From an uncultured Thermotogae bacterium (lineage in GTDB: Bacteria; Bipolaricaulota; Bipolaricaulia; UBA7950; UBA9294), in the NCBI GenBank assembly GCA_964523545.1, contig CAZFZM010000005.1, forward strand, positions 31,805 through 95,804: a DNA stretch of 64,000 nucleotides, given 5' to 3'. The position numbers and the translations under genes are program-made. This document shows positions 25,032 through 33,129 of this stretch, in pieces; positions within the stretch are counted from its first letter, which is position 1; the number at the start of each line of letters is the position of its first letter. Below the pieces are notes generated by a model. The model did not search any database and had not been told where the DNA came from. It worked only from the letters and a program-made list of their open reading frames with translations.

Positions 25032-26075
25032 CTAGATGTCCCGGATGTCCAGGTAGAGAGGTCGTTGCGGAAGCCCGTCCGATTTGCACGGCCGGACCAT
25101 CGTGTGGTAGTGCATCACGTTCTGCGGTATGAAGCGGGGCAAGTGAGGCAGGAGGGGGTCGTCCTGATAGGCGAACAGGGTGAGGATGTCGATTCCATCG
25201 GCGAGCGCCCGCCGACGAAGCCGTTGGATGAGCGTCTTCAACAGCGCGACCCCGTTCTTCCCGGTGCAGACCGGGTCGAACAGCTGCAGGTAGGTGATCT
25301 GCTTCCCGACCTTCGGGACGCTGGGGACGGGGAAGAGCCGCGCCAGCGGGTTGAGGAACAGCCCGAGTGCGACCAGCGACAACGGCATGCGGAGGACGCG
25401 CCCGCGGTAGATCTTCGATAGATCCCAAGCGCTGATCTGGGCGGAGGAATCGCCGCTCTCGATCCGGAAGATCCCGCGGAGGTACCCGAGTTCCGCGCCT
25501 CGAAGGTAGGCGGCGCCGAAGTCGCAAGGGCGGAGCGAGCGGCTCCCGACGTGACGGTCGAGGCGCGCGATCTCCTCCTCGAGGTCGTCCAAGTGGTCGT
25601 CCAGGTCGCCCGGCTTTCCAGGGAGGCTCGGGAGCGAGAGAATGTTGAACGTCGCACCGACCTGTGCGTCCATCTTCGTCGCGATCCGCATCGAGTCGTT
25701 GTTGTCGGACTTCACGTGCCCGTAGATGAACGCGGCCCCCTCCTCTTCCATCTCGGTGAGGCAGGCCTTCCACAGGCGGAACAGGCCCCGCTTCATGCTC
25801 CGTCGGTACGAGGCCTCGCCGCGGAGATCGTAGAAGTACGCGACCGGCACCGGCTCGCCGTCGAGGAGGACCTCCTTGATCGCGAACGCCATGATCCCGA
25901 CGAGCCGACCTTCCTCCTCGGCGATCAGGACCTTGCTGCGATCGTGTAATCGCTGCCGGTAGAAGTAGTCCTCGCGATCGATCAGGATGGAAATCCCAGT
26001 ACCTTGGGGGCTTTGAGCTTCCAGCCGGAGCAACGCCTCATTGTCGGCGGGGGTCGCTTCGCGGATGCGGAACAT
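25032..26075 (-). CDS. GNAT-family N-acetyltransferase with C-terminal extension
   Basis: 347 aa. N-terminal IREATPADNEALLRLE...LIAEEEGRLVGIMAF is a GNAT pattern. I do not recognise the C-terminal half. Confidence 0.7.
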   Translation of the reverse strand: MFRIREATPADNEALLRLEAQSPQGTGISILIDREDYFYRQRLHDRSKVLIAEEEGRLVGIMAFAIKEVLLDGEPVPVAYFYDLRGEASYRRSMKRGLFRLWKACLTEMEEEGAAFIYGHVKSDNNDSMRIATKMDAQVGATFNILSLPSLPGKPGDLDDHLDDLEEEIARLDRHVGSRSLRPCDFGAAYLRGAELGYLRGIFRIESGDSSAQISAWDLSKIYRGRVLRMPLSLVALGLFLNPLARLFPVPSVPKVGKQITYLQLFDPVCTGKNGVALLKTLIQRLRRRALADGIDILTLFAYQDDPLLPHLPRFIPQNVMHYHTMVRPCKSDGLPQRPLYLDIRDI

Positions 26076-26085
26076 GCGATCCTTT

Positions 26086-28575
26086 CTATTCTCGAACGAG
26101 GATGGTCTTCTCGCTTCGGGCGAGGGCGCCCTGCTCGTCGATCACGACGAGGGTAACGATATACGTTCCGGGCGCCGAATAACAGTGGCCGGGCGACCAA
26201 CGGCCGCCCGCGCCGCAGCTGCCCGGAAGTCCCGGGCAGCTGGACCCGTCGCCGAAATCCCACGCGACGTGGAGGATCTCGCCGGTCGGGCTCGGATCGT
26301 ACGAATCGCGGGCGTCGAAGGTGACGCACAGCCCGTCGATCGTCGCGGTGAAGAACTCGGCGAGCGGCGGCGCGTTCTCGACGATCACCTCGGCGGTAAA
26401 CGGATCGGAGCGCGTACCATCGTCGTCCTCCACCGTCAGGACGATCGTGTGTCGGCCGTCGTCCGAGAAGCGGACGGTCGGGCCGGAGCCGGTCACGACG
26501 ACGTCGTCGTCGAAGTCCCAGAACCACTGGACGATCTCCCCGTCGGCGTCGTCGGCCGTCACGGAGAGAAGAACCTCGTCGACGTCGGTCGGTGCCTGGG
26601 GCGTCCACGCGATCCGGGTGACGCGAGGCGGCCGGTTCGTCACGGTGACCGGTACGGGATCCGAAACGGCTTCGTCGCCGTCGTCGTCCGTGACGCGTAC
26701 GGCGACCGCGTACGATCCGTCGTCGTCGAACGCGTGGGAGAGCGTCGGGCCGGTCGTCGTCCGGTCGCATTCGCCGTCCCCGTCGAGATCCCAGGCGTAC
26801 TCGACGATCGAACCCCGAGGACTCGGGTCGAACGAGGCCGACGCGTCGAATCGGAACGGCTCGCCGGTCGGTCGGATCGATTCCCCGGTCGACAGCCGTG
26901 CGACCGGTGGCAGGTTGGAGATCAGGATCTCCGCGATCGTCGTGTGTTGCGCTCCGTTATCGTCCGTCACCGTCAGCAAAACGGCGTAGGCTCCGTTCTC
27001 CTCGAACGCGTGTTCCGGCCCGACGATCTCGGACGTTGTCCCGTCACCGAAGTCCCACGCCCAAGACGTGATGACTCCGTCCTCGTCGTACGACAGGTCG
27101 GCGAACCGGATCGGAGCGAGCTCTTCGGCCGCGAAGGTCGAGAGCCGGAACTCGGCGATCGGAGAGCGGTTTACGTGAATCGGACCGACGAACGGGCTCG
27201 ACGCGTCCCCTTCGTCGTCAACCACGACGAGCCCCACGTCGTAGTCGCCGCCGGATGCGAACGCGTGCTCGACGATCGGTTCGGTCGCCTGACGCTCGTA
27301 CGTTCCGTCGCCGTCGAAGTCCCAGCGATAGACGACCACTTCGCCGTCCGGATCGTTCGACTCCGAAGCGTCGAACCGGACCGGTTCCTCGGCGTTCGGC
27401 CGCTCGACGGAACGCTTGAAGACGGCGACCGGGACGCGGCTCCCGATCTTCACCGACCGCGTTTGGATCGCTCGCTCCCCTTGGTCGTCGGAGACCCGGA
27501 GGGTGATCAAGTACTCGCCGGAGCGGTCGTAGGTGTGGAGAACGACGGCGTCTGCGGCCGTGGTGCCGTCACCGAGCAGCCACTCCCACGCCGCGATCTC
27601 GCCGTCGACGTCGCTCGATTCGTCCTGGAATCGGACCGGGCTTCCAGCGCGCGGAACCCGGGCCGGCGGCAGCGCAACGAGGCTGAAATCGGCGACCGGT
27701 GGCGACGTGGCTTGAACGCGGACGTTCCGGCGAAGCTCGGATTGCCCCCCCTTGTCGTCGATCAACGTGAGAACGACGAGATACTCCCCGGACAGCGCAT
27801 ACGTGTGGTCGACCGTCACGCCCGCCGCTTCCGCCCCGTCGCCGAAGTCCCAACGGTACGACGCGATCCGGTCGTTTTCGTCGAACGACCCAGAGGCGTC
27901 GAATTCGACCCGGGTACCGGGCAACGGATAGCGGGGGGCCAGTTCGAAGGAGGGGGTCGGCGGGATGTTGAAGACGGAGTTCTCGGCCCTCGGCGTGCCG
28001 CGGATCGTTCGCCCCTCCGCCGATCGCTCGTCGGACGAGCTGGCCCAATTCTCCGGGTCGTCGCCCAGACGGTAGTCGACCCGCTCCATCGACGCGTACG
28101 GCGGCGTCCCTCGCCCGTCGGTTCCGGCCGGCCAAGCCGTCGGTTCGGGAAGCGGATCGTTCGCCGTGTCGGTGAGGTTCCCACGCGGGTCGTAGAGGTA
28201 GAGGACCTCTCCGCGATCGGTCAGGGCGCCGCGGTAGATCAGGTCGGCGGCGACTCCGGGTACCGAGTCGTCGTCGGTTCGCTCGAGGAGGAAGAAGCCG
28301 GCCGTCGGATCTCCCCCGACACGGGCCGGGATCGTCCCGTGAAGGTCGATGTCCGGAGAGCCGTCCGAGGAGACGAGGCGCCAGCCTTCGAGTTCGATCG
28401 GTTCTGCCGTCACGTTCAGCAGCTCGATCCACTCGGCGGTCGGCTTCCAGCCGGCGCCGGCCCACGCGACTTCGTTGATGACGATCGGTCCGAGAAGGTC
28501 GGAAGGGGCGGCGACACCGATCGAGACGAGGGCGATCGCCGCGATCGACATCAACCCTCGGATTCGCTGTCTCAT
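26086..28575 (-). CDS. secreted lamin-tail-domain protein with seven PKD domains
   Basis: 829 aa with signal peptide. LTD pattern (IVINEVAWAG...EWIELLN...LEGWRL). Seven units carry F.A..S.D.DG.I..Y.WDFGDG...H.Y...G.Y.V.L.V.D..G. Confidence 0.85.
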   Translation of the reverse strand: MRQRIRGLMSIAAIALVSIGVAAPSDLLGPIVINEVAWAGAGWKPTAEWIELLNVTAEPIELEGWRLVSSDGSPDIDLHGTIPARVGGDPTAGFFLLERTDDDSVPGVAADLIYRGALTDRGEVLYLYDPRGNLTDTANDPLPEPTAWPAGTDGRGTPPYASMERVDYRLGDDPENWASSSDERSAEGRTIRGTPRAENSVFNIPPTPSFELAPRYPLPGTRVEFDASGSFDENDRIASYRWDFGDGAEAAGVTVDHTYALSGEYLVVLTLIDDKGGQSELRRNVRVQATSPPVADFSLVALPPARVPRAGSPVRFQDESSDVDGEIAAWEWLLGDGTTAADAVVLHTYDRSGEYLITLRVSDDQGERAIQTRSVKIGSRVPVAVFKRSVERPNAEEPVRFDASESNDPDGEVVVYRWDFDGDGTYERQATEPIVEHAFASGGDYDVGLVVVDDEGDASSPFVGPIHVNRSPIAEFRLSTFAAEELAPIRFADLSYDEDGVITSWAWDFGDGTTSEIVGPEHAFEENGAYAVLLTVTDDNGAQHTTIAEILISNLPPVARLSTGESIRPTGEPFRFDASASFDPSPRGSIVEYAWDLDGDGECDRTTTGPTLSHAFDDDGSYAVAVRVTDDDGDEAVSDPVPVTVTNRPPRVTRIAWTPQAPTDVDEVLLSVTADDADGEIVQWFWDFDDDVVVTGSGPTVRFSDDGRHTIVLTVEDDDGTRSDPFTAEVIVENAPPLAEFFTATIDGLCVTFDARDSYDPSPTGEILHVAWDFGDGSSCPGLPGSCGAGGRWSPGHCYSAPGTYIVTLVVIDEQGALARSEKTILVRE
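26089..27963 (-). repeat. array of seven PKD-domain coding repeats
   Basis: Counted from the recurring WDFGDG/WDFDGDG/WLLGDG cores in the translated protein. Confidence 0.8.
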
Positions 28576-28673
28576 CGGTCTTCCTTCCGCCGTCGCACGA
28601 CCGCACTACGCCCGTGTGCCGATCAGGGTAGCACAACGGGAAAGCGAGACCAACTGCGTGCGTCGGCCCGGGA

Positions 28674-29651
28674 CTAGGCGTCTTCGGGACGGGGGACGGC
28701 GTTCCGGCCGTTCCTCTCGTAGGCCTCGATGATCTTCGCGACCAGCGGATGGCGAACAACGTCCGACTTGTCGAGGTGGACGAACTCAATCCCGTCGATC
28801 CCACCGAGGATCCGCTGAACGGTGATCAAGCCGGAGACCCGTTCCTCGAGGTCGACCTGCGTGACGTCACCGGTGATGATCGCCTTGGAGTGGAATCCGA
28901 GGCGGGTGAGGAACATCTTCATCTGGGTCGACGTCGTGTTCTGCGCTTCGTCGAGGATGACGAAGCAGTTGTTCAGCGTCCGACCGCGCATGAACGCGAG
29001 CGGAGCCATCTCGATCCGGCCGTGCTCGATCAGCTTCTCGAACTCACTGACGGGGATCATGTCGAAGATCGCGTCGTAGAGCGGGCGGAGGTAGGGGCTT
29101 ACTTTGGCCTGGATGTCCCCGGGGAGAAAGCCGAGCTCCTCACCGGCCTCGACCGCCGGGCGGGTCAGGATGATCCGCTTGACGTGCTCGCGCTTGAGGT
29201 AGTCGATCGCCATCGCCACCGCGAGGTACGTCTTCCCGGTTCCGGCGGGCCCGATGGAGAAGGTGATGTCGTTCTCGCGGATCGCCGTGACGTAACGGTG
29301 CTGCCCGACCGTCTTGGCGCGGATCTCCTCGCCCCAATGGGTGACGCGGACGATGTCCGACAGGACGCCGTCGACGTCGACGCCCGCCTTGATCTGCGCG
29401 ATCAGATATCGGACGTCGGCGAGGGACGGCGCGTGGCGCCCTTGAGCGAGATCGAGGAGTTTCTCGAACAGGCCGCGAACCCGCTCGACCTCGACCGCCT
29501 CGCCCTCGATCCGGATCGTCTCGCCGCGGGCGAGGATCTGCGCCGCGAATTCCTTCTGGATCTCCTTCAGATTCCGGTTGTACTGGCCGAGTAACGCGGT
29601 CGCTTCCGCGTTGTCACGCAGCGTCAACTCGGCGTGCGCTTGTTCACTCAT
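28674..29651 (-). CDS. phoH: PhoH-like ATPase (YbeZ)
   Basis: ATG at 29651 ([11 protein letters not shown]...). Walker [13 protein letters not shown] and the ILDEAQN motif. It overlaps the mtaB stop by 8 nt. Confidence 0.9.
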   Translation of the reverse strand: MSEQAHAELTLRDNAEATALLGQYNRNLKEIQKEFAAQILARGETIRIEGEAVEVERVRGLFEKLLDLAQGRHAPSLADVRYLIAQIKAGVDVDGVLSDIVRVTHWGEEIRAKTVGQHRYVTAIRENDITFSIGPAGTGKTYLAVAMAIDYLKREHVKRIILTRPAVEAGEELGFLPGDIQAKVSPYLRPLYDAIFDMIPVSEFEKLIEHGRIEMAPLAFMRGRTLNNCFVILDEAQNTTSTQMKMFLTRLGFHSKAIITGDVTQVDLEERVSGLITVQRILGGIDGIEFVHLDKSDVVRHPLVAKIIEAYERNGRNAVPRPEDA

Positions 29652-30930
29652 CTGCAACGCCCTCCAGGCGTTCACCCACGACGGCGACGATTCGGACCGG
29701 ACGGACGGAACCGGCTGGGATCTCCTCATCCGAGGCGAAGTGGACGTAGAGGTAGTCGTTCGTGTAACCGCGCCATTCGTCTCCCCGGCGCTCTTCGACG
29801 AGGACATGTTGTGTCGAACCGATTCGCTTGTCAAGACGTCCGCGGAGTCCTCGACGCCACCGGCGGTTCAGGGTCTCGGCCCGCTGGCGCTTGATTGCTT
29901 CCGGGACCGCGTCAGGGAGGTCGGCGGCGACGGTCCCCGGGCGGGGCGAGAAGCGGAACGCGTGGAGATTGACGAATCCGACTGCATCGACGACGGAGCA
30001 GGTGTTGGCGAAGGCGTTCTCGTCCTCGCCGGGGAAGCCGACGATGACGTCCGTTCCGAACGTGGCGTGCGGGATCCGCGCGCGGACGGCGTCGATCCGG
30101 GCCCGGTAGTCGGCGACCGTGTACCCGCGCGCCATCCTCCGGAGGATTCGGTCGTCGCCGCTCTGAAGCGGGACGTGGAAGTGGGGGCAGGCGCGTTCGT
30201 TCCCGGCGATCGCCTCGATCAGCGGAGCGGAAAGCCCCGATGGGTTGATCGAGGCGATCCGCAGCCGAAGGAGCCCGTCGATCGTGAGGACGCGGCGGAC
30301 GGTGTCGGCGAGGGTCCCGTTGGAGGGCGCGTACTGAGCGAGGTCGATCCCGGTCAGGACGATCTCCGGGAAACCGGTTTCGACCAGCGTGCGGGCCTCT
30401 GCGACGACGGCCGCGATCGGCTTGCTTCGCGGCGATCCGCGGACCTGGGTCGCACGGCAGTAGGTGCAGGCACGCGAGCAGCCGTCCTGGATCTTGAGAT
30501 ACGCCCGGACCCGCTCCCGGGTTCCGGCGCTCGTTTCCTCGGCGATCGGAGGGGGAGCGACGGTCGGGAGGAGGCCGCGATCCCCGGCGCGGGCCCGTTC
30601 GACGACCTCGACAATCCGGGACTTCCATGCGTTCCCGGCGAGGAGGTCGGCACCGTCGAAGCGGGTCAACCCCTTCTCCACCGCGTCGGCGAGGCAACCG
30701 ATCACGACGATCGAGCTGGCCGGGTGCTCGCGGCGAATCCGTCGCGCCGCCTGGCGCGCCTTTCGCTCGGCCAGACCGGTCACCGTGCACGCGTTGAGGA
30801 CGTAGACGTCGGCCTCACCGGAGGCGTTCGAATCGGCCGGCTCCGAGCGCAGCGAGCGCTCCATCATCGCGCTCTCGTACTGGTTGGCGCGGCATCCGAA
30901 GGTGACGATGGAGACCCCGGGCTCCGCCAT
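29644..30930 (-). CDS. mtaB: MiaB-family radical SAM methylthiotransferase (MtaB-like)
   Basis: 428 aa. UPF0004 N-domain (TFGCRANQYES...LNACTVT), radical SAM CSRACTYC (CX3CX2C), and a C-terminal TRAM-like domain. Confidence 0.85.
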   Translation of the reverse strand: MAEPGVSIVTFGCRANQYESAMMERSLRSEPADSNASGEADVYVLNACTVTGLAERKARQAARRIRREHPASSIVVIGCLADAVEKGLTRFDGADLLAGNAWKSRIVEVVERARAGDRGLLPTVAPPPIAEETSAGTRERVRAYLKIQDGCSRACTYCRATQVRGSPRSKPIAAVVAEARTLVETGFPEIVLTGIDLAQYAPSNGTLADTVRRVLTIDGLLRLRIASINPSGLSAPLIEAIAGNERACPHFHVPLQSGDDRILRRMARGYTVADYRARIDAVRARIPHATFGTDVIVGFPGEDENAFANTCSVVDAVGFVNLHAFRFSPRPGTVAADLPDAVPEAIKRQRAETLNRRWRRGLRGRLDKRIGSTQHVLVEERRGDEWRGYTNDYLYVHFASDEEIPAGSVRPVRIVAVVGERLEGVADE

Positions 30931-30931
30931 G

Positions 30932-31462
30932 CTAGCTGTGGCGCTCGACGGTGAATCGAAGCAGCCCGTACGTTTCGTCGGCGCCGATGCCGGCTTTCCG
31001 CCTGGCGATGTCGATTTGCTGCGCGACCGATTCGACGCCGGGCAGATCCGGAAGGAGGAGCCCGCGGCGCCACCCGCTCTCCACGATGACGCCGTATCGA
31101 CTCGGATCGAGGTCGAGCTCGCTGCACGGTTTCGGTTCGGTGAGGACGTCGACCGACAGGTCGAGGTCGCCGAGCTCGTCGGGCGCGATCGGAGGGAACC
31201 TCGGGTCGGCCGTCGCTGCCTTGATCGCGTTGGCGATCACCTCCGAGGCGATCGTCGGCTCGGTCGGCGCGAAGGTTCCGATGCAGCCGCGCAGAGCTCC
31301 GTGCTTCTTGATCGAGACGAAAACCCCCGCTGTGCCTTCCATCCCCGCAGGAAGCGTGGCGGGAGGGTCGATGACGCCTCCGTCGGTCACGTAGGCGCGG
31401 ACGGCGCGTTCGGCGAGCGAGACGAACGGGTCTTGAATTCCCTCAGGATCGGTCTTCACCAT
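30932..31462 (-). CDS. AMMECR1 domain protein
   Basis: 176 aa. GVFVSIKKHGALRGCIGT is the hallmark AMMECR1 motif. Its stop lies 1 nt before the mtaB ATG. Confidence 0.85.
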   Translation of the reverse strand: MVKTDPEGIQDPFVSLAERAVRAYVTDGGVIDPPATLPAGMEGTAGVFVSIKKHGALRGCIGTFAPTEPTIASEVIANAIKAATADPRFPPIAPDELGDLDLSVDVLTEPKPCSELDLDPSRYGVIVESGWRRGLLLPDLPGVESVAQQIDIARRKAGIGADETYGLLRFTVERHS

Positions 31463-31468
31463 GCACCA

Positions 31469-31496
31469 AGAATACTCCGGCGCGGCGGGCGGTCAA
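31469..31496 (-). promoter_or_regulatory. putative promoter TTGACC-N16-TATTCT; the -10 ends 6 nt before the AMMECR1 ATG
   Basis: Read directly from the sequence. No SD. It sits back-to-back with the LCP promoter. Confidence 0.4.
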
Positions 31497-31531
31497 CCGA
31501 TCGGTAGATCGTCGGAGCGCCCGGAACCCGG

Positions 31532-31560
31532 TTGACAATTCTCGATCCGTGTGATAGCGT
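31532..31560 (+). promoter_or_regulatory. putative promoter TTGACA-N17-TAGCGT for the LCP gene
   Basis: Consensus -35. GAGGGGG SD follows, 4 nt before ATG 31579. Confidence 0.4.
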
Positions 31561-31578
31561 CGTCATCGAGGGGGCATC

Positions 31579-32754
31579 ATGAGGGGGAGTCCAGTACGCA
31601 AGCAGGTTCTTGGCATCGCCGCCGCCGCCCTCGTCGTCGCCGGGGGGGCGATCGCGTGGTACGTGTTGACACAGCGAAACGTCGGGTCGATTCTGGCGCA
31701 AGGGGAGAGAACGAACCTGCTTCTCATCGGGCACGACGGATCGAGCGTGGCCGACGCGCTGACGCTCCTCAGCCTGTCGGACGACGACCTCATCTTCTTC
31801 TCGATCCCGCTCGACGTTCGCGTGAAGGGATCGGACGGCCGTGTCGCACCGGCGTCGTCGGTCTTCTCCGAGTCCGGTCCGTCGGAGGCCGCGCGGACGA
31901 TCGCCGACCTGCTCGGAATCGACGTGCCTTTCTTCGTTTCGAACGGACACGGAACGCTGGTGGACTGGATCGACTCGTTCGGCGGGGTCACCGTGACGTT
32001 GGAAAGCGCGGCGATCTACGCGGACGCCTCCGTCGATCCGTCGTTGAGGGTCGAGATCCGACCGGGCGAACGAGCGATGGACGGGGCGGACGCGGTGGCG
32101 TTCGCCGTCTCGCCGAGTCTGCCCGGAGACATCGGACGACTCCCCCGTCAGCAGGTTCTCCTCCGCGCCCTTCTGGAACAGGGAGCGAGTGGTCAATCGC
32201 TCCACGAGCTGCGTTCGAAGGTCCGTGCGGCCTTCCCTTCGCTCGAGACGAACTGCACGCTCGAGGACCTCTTCGAGGTCGCGCGGGTCCTCCACGACGT
32301 TCCCGAGGAGAACGTACGCGCGATCGTTCTTCCGACGGAGGCGCGCGTGATCGAGGGAGAATCGGTCGTCGAGCCGCGGATCGTCGAGACGGAACGGATC
32401 GTCGCTTCGTCGCTCAAGGGTCTCGACCTCCTCACCCCGGACGAGGTCAACGTCGCCGTGTTCAACGGGAACGGGATCCGCGAGATGGCGAGCCGGACGG
32501 CCGAGTACCTCCGAGCGCGGGGATTCTCGATCACCCGGATCGGCAACGCCGACTCGTTCGAGTACTCGCCGAGCTACATCGTCGTGCTGACCGACGAGGC
32601 GAAGGCGTGGGTCCTCCGCGACGCGCTCCCGCCGAACGAGATCCGGATCGTCTTCCCGGAGACGTTCGAAGCGAGCTACGCCGCCCTTCGTGATTACGTC
32701 CCGGTCGGGACGGACCTGCTGCTGATCGCCGGACTCGGGATGGCGCTCGAATGA
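31579..32754 (+). CDS. LytR-CpsA-Psr (LCP) family protein with LytR_C-like C-terminal domain
   Basis: 391 aa. N-terminal TM, then NLLLIGHDG...ADALTLLSL...IPLDV..., typical of the LCP fold. The C-terminus (VAVFNGNG..G.A...A..L...GF) is LytR_C-like. Confidence 0.8.
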   Translation: MRGSPVRKQVLGIAAAALVVAGGAIAWYVLTQRNVGSILAQGERTNLLLIGHDGSSVADALTLLSLSDDDLIFFSIPLDVRVKGSDGRVAPASSVFSESGPSEAARTIADLLGIDVPFFVSNGHGTLVDWIDSFGGVTVTLESAAIYADASVDPSLRVEIRPGERAMDGADAVAFAVSPSLPGDIGRLPRQQVLLRALLEQGASGQSLHELRSKVRAAFPSLETNCTLEDLFEVARVLHDVPEENVRAIVLPTEARVIEGESVVEPRIVETERIVASSLKGLDLLTPDEVNVAVFNGNGIREMASRTAEYLRARGFSITRIGNADSFEYSPSYIVVLTDEAKAWVLRDALPPNEIRIVFPETFEASYAALRDYVPVGTDLLLIAGLGMALE

Positions 32755-33104
32755 CCGACGAGCGGTTCCTGGTTCGGGAGACCGTCCGCCTGATCGAGGA
32801 TCGGAAGGGCGAGGACGTCGTCGTGATCGATCTGTCGGACGTGTCGATTCCGACGAGCTATTTCGTCGTCGCCGGCGCCGACAACCCGGTGCACGCCAAG
32901 GCCCTGATCAACGCGCTGCGGCAAGGGCTTCCGGCCAAGCCGAGCCACAGCGAGGGCGTTTCCGAGCGGAAGTGGGTCGTCCTCGATTACGGGGACATCG
33001 TCGTGCACATCCTCGAGAAGGAGGCGCGGGAGTTCTACGACATCGAGTCCCTCTGGGCCGATCACGTCGTCGACCTCGAGACGGTGCTCTCGGAAGCAAG
33101 ATGA
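32751..33104 (+). CDS. rsfS: ribosomal silencing factor RsfS
   Basis: 117 aa. KGEDVVVIDL...YFVVAGA.N..H..A......W.VLDYGDIVVHI. ATGA overlap with the LCP gene. Confidence 0.9.
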   Translation: MTDERFLVRETVRLIEDRKGEDVVVIDLSDVSIPTSYFVVAGADNPVHAKALINALRQGLPAKPSHSEGVSERKWVVLDYGDIVVHILEKEAREFYDIESLWADHVVDLETVLSEAR

Positions 33105-33129
33105 GGGAGCGCCGTGCGGTCGGCACGGT

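Noticed and set aside
26041-28677. 878-aa plus-strand ORF antisense to the LTD/PKD gene.
   Set aside because: The translation is Arg/Asp/Gly/Val-rich and low-complexity, with no recognisable motif. The opposite strand encodes a clear signal peptide, LTD and seven PKD domains. This is a typical stop-free antisense frame of GC-rich DNA.
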